From the NCBI GenBank assembly GCA_003614675.1, contig ML002346.1:1-39815 (forward strand): a stretch of DNA of 39,815 bases, given 5' to 3'. Numbering within the stretch: position 1 is the stretch's first letter; each line of letters starts with the position of its first letter. The DNA comes from Dimargaris cristalligena (lineage: Eukaryota). Shown here piece after piece: positions 22,983 to 33,402 of the stretch. The position numbers and the translations under genes were made by a program. The notes beneath the pieces were generated by a model, which was not told the origin of the DNA, searched no databases, and saw only the letters and a program-made list of their open reading frames with translations.

Positions 22983-25900
22983 ATGCATCTCTACCATGTT
23001 ACTCTCCAGCCGCCTACTCACATTAACCAAGTGGTCCTGGGCAAGTTCTCCGGGACCAAAGTCCAGGAGATGGTCCTGGCGCGGTCCTCCCGGCTAGAAT
23101 TGATCCGACCGGATCCCGACTCCGGCAAACTCCTGACGGTCCTGACGCACGATGTCTTTGGCACCATTCGTTCCCTGGCCGCCATTCGGTTGACCGGATC
23201 CAGCAAAGATTATATCATCGTCGGATCCGATTCCGGTCGCTTGGTCATACTCGAATATAACCCCGGCGCGAACCGGTTCGACCGGGTTATTATGGAGACC
23301 TTCGGGAAGACGGGTATCCGCCGCACGGTGCCGGGCCAGTATCTGGCTGCCGATCCGCGGGGTCGCGTCTTGATGGTGGCGGCCCCGGAGAAGCACAAAT
23401 TTGTTTATATGCTCACCCGTGATGCCAACTCCGTCCTGGCCATTTCCTCCCCGATTGAGGCCCATAAGGCCCATACCCTGGTGTTTGATTGCGTGGCGCT
23501 GGATATGGGCTTCGAAAACCCCGTGTTTGCGTGCCTGGAGGTGGACTACGGCGAAGCGGAGGACCGGCCCGATGAACCGGTCGATAAAGTGTTGACCTAC
23601 TACGAACTCGATCTAGGTTTAAACCATGTGGTTCGCAAGTGGTCCGACACCGTTGACCGCGACGCTAATCTACTCGTTCCCTTGCCGGGCCGGGCCTTGG
23701 TGGACGCGGTCCCCGAAGGTCCGTCCGGCGTTCTGGTCTGCTCCAAAAATTATATAACCTACCGACACCAGGATGTCCCGGCCCACCGGGTACCCATCCC
23801 CCAACGGACGCCTACGAAAGAGGACCGCGGGGTACTCATCGTCGCGGCCGCGGTATACAAATCGAAAGGGACCTTTTTCGTGATGCTTCAAAGCGAGGTC
23901 GGTGACCTGTACAAATTAACCGTTGACTACGAAGGTGATCAAGTCACGGATCTTTGTATCCAGTATTTTGACACCGTACCTACCGCCGTGGGTCTGTGTA
24001 TTCTGGACAATGGTTGTTTGTTTGTGGCTAGCGAATTCGGCAACCATATGCTTTATCAATTCGAACAACTAGGGGATAACGACGACGTGCCCCAGTACCA
24101 TAGTAGCAAGTCCGACGAGTCCGATCCCCTAGCACCCACAGTGCTGGAGCCCCGTGAGTTGACCAACTTGGCTCCCATTGATGAAATGGAGAGTCTGGCC
24201 CCTCTTTTGGATACCACCATTCTGAACTTGGCTAATGAGGACACGCCACAAGTATACGCCTTATGTGGGCGCGGCGCACAGTCCTCCTTTAAAGTACTCC
24301 GCCACGGTCTGGAAATCAATGAAATTGCCGTCTCGGCCCTCCCGGGCCACCCCCAGGCCATTTGGTCCACCAAGCTCACGGCCACGGATCCGTACGACTC
24401 TTATATTGTGGTATCTTTCACCGACGCAACCCTGGTGCTGGCCATTGGCGAAACGGTGGAGGAGGTCACCGACTCGGGACTCTTGACCAATAAACCGACC
24501 CTGGTGGTGCAGCAAATAGGACCTAACGCGCTCGTCCAAGTTCATCCCCAAGGCTACCGCCTCATCCAGGCCGACAAGCGGGTTAGTGAGTGGCGGCCCC
24601 CGGCCCACCAGGTGGTGACTCATGCGGTGGCCAACGAACGGCAATTGGTCCTGGGTCTTTCCTCTGGTGAAGTAGTCTATTTCGAACTCGACGCCACGGG
24701 CCAGCTGGCCGAATTTGACCGTACCACCGAATTCGGGGAAGACATCACCGCCCTCTCGTTAGCCCTGGCCCCTCCTGGACAACAGCGTACCCCCTTCTTG
24801 GCCGTCGGTCTGGCCGATAGCACCGTTCGTATCATTTCCCTGGAACCGCACAACTGCCTAGATGCCTTGGCCATGCAGGCCTTGTCTGATGTACCGTCTT
24901 CCTTATGTCTGGTGGAGATGGCCGACCGGGAGACGGATCCCCATCTAACGACCCTCTACCTTTACACGGGCTTACGCAACGGCGTGCTTATTCGGACCTC
25001 CGTCGATCACGTCAGTGGGCAGTTGGCCGAGACACGTACCCGGTTCTTGGGCTCCCAGCCCGTCCAGCTGTGCCGGGTAGTTACCAATGGAGTTCCCGCT
25101 GTGCTGGCCCTCTCCAGTCGGCCCTGGTTGAGTTATGTCTACCAGTCCCGGACCCGACTGGCCCCCCTGGCTTACGAGGCATTGGTCTACGCCGGGGCTT
25201 TCCGGTCCGAGCCGTGTGCAGAGGGCTTGGTTGCCATTGCCGACGATACCCTTCGTATCCTTAATGTGGAGCGCCTGGGTACCCCTTTGAACCAGGCCGC
25301 GGTGCCCCTCCAGTGCACTCCCCGTCGGACCATCCACCACCCGGTTCACAACCAGTTCGTGGTGTACGAAACTGATCACCTGCCGGACGGTACCCCAGGG
25401 TCAGCAACTAACCCGGCCTGGACATCTTGCCTTCGTATCATCAATCCGCTGAGTGGGGAAACTTCGTGGATGCACCAATTTGACCCGGACGAAGCTGCAT
25501 TCGGGATGGGTCTAGTTATATTTAGCTCCGAAGCCACGGAACCGGCCTCCCCCCTGATTCTTGTTGGAGCGGCCCGGGGGTTCTCGCAGACCACCCAGAA
25601 GAGTTTGGCCGCTTTTATTTACGCCTTCCGGTTTAATGCCGACGGTACGACCTTAGAACTGCTCCATAAGACGGAGGTTGACGAGATACCCCGGGTAATC
25701 ATTCCCTTCCAGGGCCGGGCCCTAGTCGGTATGGGGCCACTCCTCCGGATCTATGACCTGGGGAAGCGGAAAATGCTGCGCAAGTGTCAGTCGCGGGCCA
25801 TCCCCAACAGTATCGTGACCCTCCAAGCGGTCGGTTCCCGGATTATTATCGGCGACCTGCAGGAATCGATTCACTTTGCGCTTTACCGTCCCCAGGAAAA

Positions 25901-26498
25901 TCGCATTGCCGTATTTGCCGACGACACCCTGCCCCGGTGGATCACGGCCACCCATCTGCTGGACTATAACACAGTAGCCGGTGGGGACCGTTTTGGCAAC
26001 CTATTCGTTTTGCGCCTCCCGACCGAAATCTCCCAGAAGATCGATAACGACGCCACGGGTAACCTGCTGTACCACGAAAAGGGCTATTTGCAGGGCGCGG
26101 CCAATAAACTAACCCCCCTCGCCCACTTTTACGTCGGCGATACCATCACCTCCCTCCAGCGGGCTACACTGGTGGTGGGGGGACGGGAGGTCCTGGTCTA
26201 TACTACTCTCTTGGGGGCCATCGGCGCCCTCATCCCCCTGACCTCGAAAGCCGACGTGGACTTTTTCCAGACGCTCGAGACGCACTTGCGGAGTGAGGCC
26301 CCGCCCCTCTGCGGTCGGGACCACATTACGTACCGCAGCACTTATGTCCCGGTCAAGGCAGTGATCGACGGCGATTTATGTGAACAGTTTGCTCTATTGG
26401 CGACGTCTGCCAAGGACGGCATCGCAGAAGACCTGGATCGGACCCCGGGTGAAATTGCTAAAAAGATTGAGGATATGCGCACCATGTATGCTTTTTAA
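22983..26498 (+). CDS. RSE1: Splicing factor 3B subunit 3 (SF3B3/Rse1), intronless CDS, ~1171 aa
   Basis: MHLYHVTLQPPT start, ETFGKTGIRRTVPGQYLAADPRGR, YYELDLGLNHVVRKWS, YDLGKRKMLRKC, and PPLCGRDHITYRSTYVPVKAVIDGDLCEQF near the C-terminus. Confidence 0.97.
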   Translation: MHLYHVTLQPPTHINQVVLGKFSGTKVQEMVLARSSRLELIRPDPDSGKLLTVLTHDVFGTIRSLAAIRLTGSSKDYIIVGSDSGRLVILEYNPGANRFDRVIMETFGKTGIRRTVPGQYLAADPRGRVLMVAAPEKHKFVYMLTRDANSVLAISSPIEAHKAHTLVFDCVALDMGFENPVFACLEVDYGEAEDRPDEPVDKVLTYYELDLGLNHVVRKWSDTVDRDANLLVPLPGRALVDAVPEGPSGVLVCSKNYITYRHQDVPAHRVPIPQRTPTKEDRGVLIVAAAVYKSKGTFFVMLQSEVGDLYKLTVDYEGDQVTDLCIQYFDTVPTAVGLCILDNGCLFVASEFGNHMLYQFEQLGDNDDVPQYHSSKSDESDPLAPTVLEPRELTNLAPIDEMESLAPLLDTTILNLANEDTPQVYALCGRGAQSSFKVLRHGLEINEIAVSALPGHPQAIWSTKLTATDPYDSYIVVSFTDATLVLAIGETVEEVTDSGLLTNKPTLVVQQIGPNALVQVHPQGYRLIQADKRVSEWRPPAHQVVTHAVANERQLVLGLSSGEVVYFELDATGQLAEFDRTTEFGEDITALSLALAPPGQQRTPFLAVGLADSTVRIISLEPHNCLDALAMQALSDVPSSLCLVEMADRETDPHLTTLYLYTGLRNGVLIRTSVDHVSGQLAETRTRFLGSQPVQLCRVVTNGVPAVLALSSRPWLSYVYQSRTRLAPLAYEALVYAGAFRSEPCAEGLVAIADDTLRILNVERLGTPLNQAAVPLQCTPRRTIHHPVHNQFVVYETDHLPDGTPGSATNPAWTSCLRIINPLSGETSWMHQFDPDEAAFGMGLVIFSSEATEPASPLILVGAARGFSQTTQKSLAAFIYAFRFNADGTTLELLHKTEVDEIPRVIIPFQGRALVGMGPLLRIYDLGKRKMLRKCQSRAIPNSIVTLQAVGSRIIIGDLQESIHFALYRPQENRIAVFADDTLPRWITATHLLDYNTVAGGDRFGNLFVLRLPTEISQKIDNDATGNLLYHEKGYLQGAANKLTPLAHFYVGDTITSLQRATLVVGGREVLVYTTLLGAIGALIPLTSKADVDFFQTLETHLRSEAPPLCGRDHITYRSTYVPVKAVIDGDLCEQFALLATSAKDGIAEDLDRTPGEIAKKIEDMRTMYAF

Positions 26499-27041
26499 TA
26501 CGGAGTCGGACATTTGGTCTATTAAAATTTAATATATATCCTTTCTGGTTCGGATTTATGGATTTAATATGCAAGTGGTGATGAGTGGGGTCGTAAGTGG
26601 TGTTTTATGGTGGAACTGTTCTCCCCCATCTGGCTTCTCTTGTTGTTATAGTGGCATGGTCGCCCTCTAAGATGTTGTAAGTAGTGATTTCTTTGGTATC
26701 TTTACTTTTCCAATGCTCGCCCAAAAAGGGGCATCCTAGACATAATCAATGCCTAATTAATAATGGATTGTGGTGGATTAACAGTTTAATAGTAGCCTAT
26801 AAATAACATTGGGGATCAAGAGAACCTGGAATTAGACAATGGTAATAATAGTAAACATAGTGAGTAAATTGGTGAGCTTCCTCCATCCAACCGCAGTTCT
26901 TTTTCCCATACCGAATATTTTCTAGTCCCATGTAAGGTAGTTTAGTTATTGGTAGTTTGATGGAGCCCGCTGATAATGGGGGCCAGTGGCTAAGCCATCC
27001 TTTATTTTGGTCTTGAAATACGAAGCTAGGTATAGCTCTAT

Positions 27042-27217
27042 ACGCGTCGTTAATAGCCAGCCCATTACCGCCCATTGCAGCGGGGAATGGCACAACCCTT
27101 CCGAACATTTCTACTGCGGGTATACTTACTTCTTGAATTATTCTTAACTAGGGCTTCTTTATAGCACTACCAAGTTTATATTCTCATAACCTCCCATTAT
27201 CCAGTCAATCAACGCGT
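27042..27217 (+). promoter_or_regulatory. Two MCB-like boxes (ACGCGT) upstream of SMC1
   Basis: ACGCGT at 27042-27047 and 27212-27217, i.e. 313 and 143 nt upstream of the SMC1 ATG. Confidence 0.45.
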
Positions 27218-27354
27218 CTTTCCACTCCCCCCATCTCTACTCTAAGCTGTGCTTTTGTGCCTAACCCTTTTCGCCTTATATACATTTTTAGTCCCAGGCA
27301 CTGCTCTACCTTTGTTGACAAATTTCTTCGCCTTAGTTACAACCCTCAGTCGTC

Positions 27355-30300
27355 ATGGGTCGCCTGGTCGAATTGGAAGTCGAGAACTTCAAGTCCTATA
27401 AAGGCCGGCAGCGGATCGGCCCGTTTAAATCATTCACTTCCATTATTGGTCCGAATGGTGCAGGTAAGGTTCTCAAGTGTACCCAACTGGCCCTCCGCAG
27501 CCGCGAGCCCAAATATAGTGTTTATACGCTGAATACTGTCTGCCCTTAGGCGTATCTACACTTCGCCGTATAACTCGGATGAGCCACAGTGGCCTACTCC
27601 TCTGGTACTTTAAATAACCCACCCCCTCTAAACTAACCATGCGTACGAGCGAACTATTATCATTTGTTTTTACCTAGGCAAATCCAACCTCATGGATGCC
27701 ATTTCCTTCGTATTGGGCGTCAAATCCTCCCAGCTTCGGTCAGCCCAACTAAAAGAATTGATTTACAGTATCCGGTCGCAGAACCAACCGGACGGGGATG
27801 ATCAAGTTGGTGAAAGCGATGGAAGGCTTCCTCGTCGTGGGTATGTGACCGCCGTGTATATCGATGACGAGGGCAAGGAATTCCGGTTCACGCGCACGTA
27901 AGTATATAGGTTTTATAGATTCACTATTCCCATCCCCTTTTTGCCAATTGCCTGTACCCTCACATCCAGCACCATCCTGGTATTTATTAAGCCCCCTTTA
28001 AACTGACTTTCAATCGACGGGCTTATAAAGCACCAACCCCCCTTCCAAATCAGGTGCAGCTAACACCATACTACTTTTACTTGATTACCCCATTATACAG
28101 AGTCACGTCGAATGGTTCCAGTGAATATAAAATCAATAATAAGACCGTCAACTACAACCAGTACAACGAGCTCCTAGAAAAACAAAATATTCTTATCAAA
28201 GCCCGTAATTTCTTGGTATTCCAGGGTGATGTCGAGGCTGTGGCTTCCCAATCGGCCAGTGACCTGACTAAACTCATCGAACAAATCAGCGGGTCTTGGG
28301 AATACCGGGCCGAGTACGAGCGACTGAAGGACCTGCAGGATCTGGCCACCGAAACGGCTACCCTCAATAATGTCAAGAGAAGGGGCATTCAGTCCGAAAT
28401 CAAAGAATACCAAGAACAAAAGGCCGAGCTGGATCGGTTTGAACAGCAGACCCGGAAGAAGGTATGTTCAACTCAGTTATATGTAGTTTAAAGCTGTAAT
28501 CGGGTATTCCTTTGCTGGTTGCTAAAGATTTGCCCCGATGCCGAATTACTTATGTCACCAATGTAGACCCCACCTACGTAACGTATCGATCCAAAGTCAG
28601 TCGCTATCGGGATTTTAACGTTCTGTCTTTCTGCCTGTTTTGAATACTCTATGCCGCGTTGCTTTTTCCGCGGGGTTTGTAGAATACACTGGTAGTTCAC
28701 CATTTTCTGTGGCGCATGTACCACGTGGAGAAGAAAATTGCGTCCCTCGAGAAGGAGCTTGATGACAACCACCAGTCAGTAGAGCAGTGTCACCGTCGCC
28801 AAACCAAGGAGGAGGAGGAATTAAAAGAGGCCAAGCGGGAGTACGCCCGCACCTACAAAGAAATTATGAAAATCGAGAAGCGGTTGAAGCAACATGACCT
28901 CGAAATCGAGATGGAGAAGCCCTTTCTGCTGGGCCTCGACGAAAAGATTTCGCATATTCTTAAAAAGATCGAGCGCAGCGAGTCCAATCTCAACCTAGTC
29001 AAGCGAGACGAAGCTCGCCAGTCTGCCTCGGTAGCCACCCTGGAACAAGAACTAGCCACCGTGAACAAATCCGCCGAGCGTTTCGAGGCCACTTGGCGGG
29101 AGAAAATGCAGCGTCGAGGCCCGGTACTCGATGAGCATAGCCTGGCCGAATACCGGCGACTCAAGGAACATACCACCATGCAGACTGTTCAGGCCCAGCA
29201 GGAGCTAGAGACGTTAACCCGGACTCACAAGACGCAGTCCGAGGAGACGGCCCGCCTCCAGGAGCGGATTGAGGAATTCCAAACCCGCAAGGCCAATATC
29301 CAGGAGAATCAGCGGAGTCTGACTGATTTCATCGACAAGATCGACGTGCAAACGAGCCAAATCGAATCCGAATTGGAACAGAGTAATCAGGCGCTCCTTC
29401 GGTTTCAAAGTGAACACGAGCGGGTCCAGTAAGTTTACCGATTTTTTTTTTGGCAGTGGGGCAAATCCCCTGTTCTGTACTGAACTTGCTTTCTAGTTTC
29501 ATAGCTGATGCCCCCGGCCCAGTATGGTAGACAAGGCTACAAAAGCATAGCCTAGTCGCGTACTCCCCACACAAACTGGACAGAAACTAACCCAACCTAC
29601 CCTGCCCTAAATTTTAATGCTCAACATTCCCCTGGATACAGGCAAACATCTATCGAGGCCAATGAGAAGCTCACAGGCGTTCTTAATAAGCTGGCCCAAG
29701 CCCGAGTCGACAGGCGCGAGTCCGAGCGGGAGACTAAGATGCGGGACTGCCTCGAAAGTTTGAAGCGTATTTTCCCGGGGGTCTACGGTCGAATCAGCGA
29801 CCTGTGCCGCCCAAGCCAACGTAAATACGACGCTGCCGTAGCCGTAGCCCTAGGTCGTCACATGGACGCGATTGCTGTGGATAAACAAAGCACCGCGGTC
29901 GAGTGTATTCAGGTAAGACTCGATTGATTTTACTGGGACTCACATGGCCCTCTTGTCTGTAGATCCCCTACGCCGAATCAACATAACCCTGAACCTACCC
30001 TTTTCTGACGCTCCTCGGTCTAGAGTATCAATAGAAACGCTATGCATTCACCAATGAGCGGCTGTTTTCGGTCCAAGTAAAATGCCGTATTTCTAATCTA
30101 GTACATGCCAATTATTAACCCTATCTCACTCTCCGTCACAGTACATGAAAGAACAGCGGGCTGGGCAGGCGACTTTCCTGCCACTTGACACCATTTCAGT
30201 CAAACCCGTCCAGGAAAAGTACCGGTCGTTTATGAGCGGAGTCCGCTTAGCCATCGACGTACTCCAGTTTGATAGCAGTCTCGAAAAAGCCATTCAATTT

Positions 30301-32385
30301 GCCTGTGGCAATACCTTGATTTGCGACTCCCAAAAACTGGCCAAGACTGTGGTGTACGACCGGAAGCAGGAAGTCAAGGCCGTTGCTTTGGATGGTACGG
30401 TTATCCACAAGACGGGCATGATTACGGGCGGTGCCCAGGACCAGAACGCCTCCCAAAACCAACAGCGCTGGGAGGAGAAGGAGCTGGACAATCTCAAGCG
30501 GGCCAAGGATAGCCTCGTGAACCAGCTCAATGATTTGGCCCGTGAAAAGCGCAAGCTGCATAGCGCTGAGCAGTTGCAGTCCCGTATTTCAGGCTTAACT
30601 ACCCGACTACAGTTCGCCCGGGAGGAACGTAATACCGCTGCCCGTAAGCTGGAAGGTGTGGAAAGAGAGTTGGAACACGTTAACAATAATCTGACCCACT
30701 CCAGCCCCCGCCTGGCTGAAATGGAGGCCCGCGTGGAACAACTGGCCGCCGAGATCACTCGGGTCCAGCACAACATCGACCAGGTCCACGACCATGTGTT
30801 CGCTGACTTCTGCTCACGAATCCAGGTCGCTCATATCCGCGACTACGAAGAACAGCAGGTGAAGTTCTCCCAGGAGAGCACCGAGCTGCAGCTGAAATTC
30901 AGCAACCAGCAGTCCAAGCTCCGTAATCAGCTCATGTTTGAACAGCAGCAACTGCAGGGCGTGCGTGATCGAGTTCAGCGGTTGGAAAGTGCCCTGGCCG
31001 AAAGCCGGGCTACCCTACAACGCCACCAGGAAGATAAGGCCCAGCGGGAGGCCAAGCTTGCCCGGGTCAACTCGACCATCGCGGAGCAGCAGGCTGAGAT
31101 GGAGCGCATCAAAGTTACTTACGATCAACAGAACCAGTTTGTACTCGATAAGAAAAAGACTCTCCAAACCTCAATCAAGGAGCTGTCCCAACTGGTCGGT
31201 GATTCTACCGCTAAAGAGTCGCTGGTGCAGAAGCTCCATGTGGAGCGCTCGTCAATTCTACGGCGCTGCAAGCTTGATGAAATTGCCTTACCCCTGGTGC
31301 GCGGCTCCCTCGCTAATTTGTCATTAGAGGAAACAGAGGTAAGTAAATTAGAGCCCAATGATACTATCCCTGATCAGTGTTGTAAATGGAAGCACCCCCT
31401 ATTTTTTATACATGTAGTTGCCCGACTCTATTACTAACCCATTTGAATGTAAAATATTCCCCCTGTTGCCATTACTATTTAGATGTTCCGTGAGCCCGAC
31501 GAGATGGACTTGGACAGCACGGATGATGAAGGGCCTGGTTCCGGCCGCCGGTCCAATGGTGGGCCTTCCAGCCAGTCCCACCCCCACGGGCAACTCCAGA
31601 CCCCGCAGCAGCGGGCGGCGGCCAAACAGCGCTCCTCCCAATGGGGCATCCAGGTCGACTTTAGCTCCCTTAACCAGCGCGAAAAGGCCAATGATTCGGA
31701 GGATGTGGGTGAAAAGCTGCACGAGCAGATCCAGCAGATCACGGCGGACCTCGACCGCATGGCCCCCAATATGCACGCGCACGAACGTCTGGGTGGTGTG
31801 GAGGCCCTGCTGCGGGAGGCGGAATTGGAGGTGGACAATTCCCGTCGCGAAACGAAGTCGGTGAAGGACCAGTTCCTGGCCGTGAAGCAGAAACGGTACG
31901 ACGCCTTCAACCGGGCCTACAGCCATATGGCCGAGAAAATCGACCAAATCTACAAAAACCTGACCAAGAGCAAAACCTTCCCGTTGGGTGGTACGGCCTA
32001 CCTGAGTGTCGAATATGGGGAGGAGCCGTACCTCAAAGGGGTCAAATACCACGCCATGCCGCCTATGAAACGCTTCCGGGACATGGAGCAACTCTCCGGC
32101 GGGGAGAAAACGGTGGCCGCGCTGGCGTTACTGTTTGCCATCCACAGCTACCAGCCCTCCCCGTTTTTCGTACTGGACGAAGTCGACGCGGCCCTGGATA
32201 ACACGAACGTGGCCAAGGTGGCCAATTACATCCGGGAGAACTGCGGCGAGAACTTTCAGTTCATCGTCATCTCCCTTAAGCAGGCTTTGTATGAAAATGC
32301 CCAGTCATTGGTGGGTATATATCGGGAACAATCCATTAATAGTAGTCGAACGCTGACCATAGATTTGGAACAGTACCCTGAATAA
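27355..32385 (+). CDS. SMC1: Cohesin subunit SMC1; 7 exons (27355-27463, 27678-27897, 28101-28461, 28683-29428, 29642-29912, 30142-31338, 31483-32385), ~1268 aa
   Basis: Walker [32 protein letters not shown], hinge ([21 protein letters not shown]), [18 protein letters not shown] and Walker [13 protein letters not shown]. All six GT-AG introns are frame-consistent. Confidence 0.97.
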
Positions 32386-33402
32386 TGTGATGATTCTTTT
32401 TAAAATATGTGATACATTATATGGGAGAAGTTCATTCAGGCTGTATAACGAAAAATCCATTGGATGAGGCCAATATTACTGGTTAAAAGCTATTCTCATA
32501 TATGTTCGCCCATACACGTATTATGTAAAACCTTATATAGCTGGTTTGAATTTCATCCATATACATTCTGCATGCGGGGGGACTTATTCTCGAGCTGGGT
32601 CCATTGGCTACAGTTATTGCCTTGATAGGTTATTTCGAACCCTTATTTAGTTTTCAACCCATTTATATAGCTAGCCACCCCCTGCCATCTACAATGTCCT
32701 TGCTATGCCCCAACAGTTGTACACAATAAATATATAAATGCAATATAGAAGAGGATTGTCTTGATCATTTAAGATGAGTTCCCAGTTGATGGTTTGGATT
32801 TTCCAAGGCAGATAGCCTTCGTGGGATCGGTGTAACCTTTCTTGCCGGTAAGTGACGAAATCCTGCCACCCTCATTAAATGTACCTGCTCCCACCTCTAT
32901 TATGGCATGCCGTTGCGAAGTGATATGGTCATTCTTACTATAAGCTGGTCCACCTCGATATTTGTATTCCGAAGACTTAAATGGGAATGAACTAGAATAG
33001 AGCACGTGACCAGAATCCCCCGAGGCAACACTGCCAAAACCACTGGTGGATTGACCACTGTCTTTTTACAAGAGAATTGGACGGAAAAATAATTTAAGCT
33101 GGTTGAATCCCCCAAAAAAGGGTGTGTGATTTACTAGGGTTTGTGGGGGGTGGGAGGGTTTCGCCTGCCTGCCTACTTGCCTTATCAGAAAGAAGCTCCG
33201 CCCTAGGCTATACCCAATATACCCCCTCCGCTGGATCTACTATAGCCCCGGATCTCCCTTCTTCTCATCCTATTGTTGCACGCACCCGTTTCTTCCAGAA
33301 TCTGTTCTTCTCGACTTGCCTAATCTCGGCAGCCTTCACCACTCCTTAATCCCATCAGGTCGCTCTACACACTCCAACAAATAGTCATCTCTAATATCTA
33401 GT

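Noticed and set aside
26536-26545. ATATCCTTTC, matching a U12-type 5' splice site
   Set aside because: It lies in the AT-rich 3' end just after the RSE1 stop, with no convincing U12 branch point or downstream exon. All reconstructed introns are U2-type.
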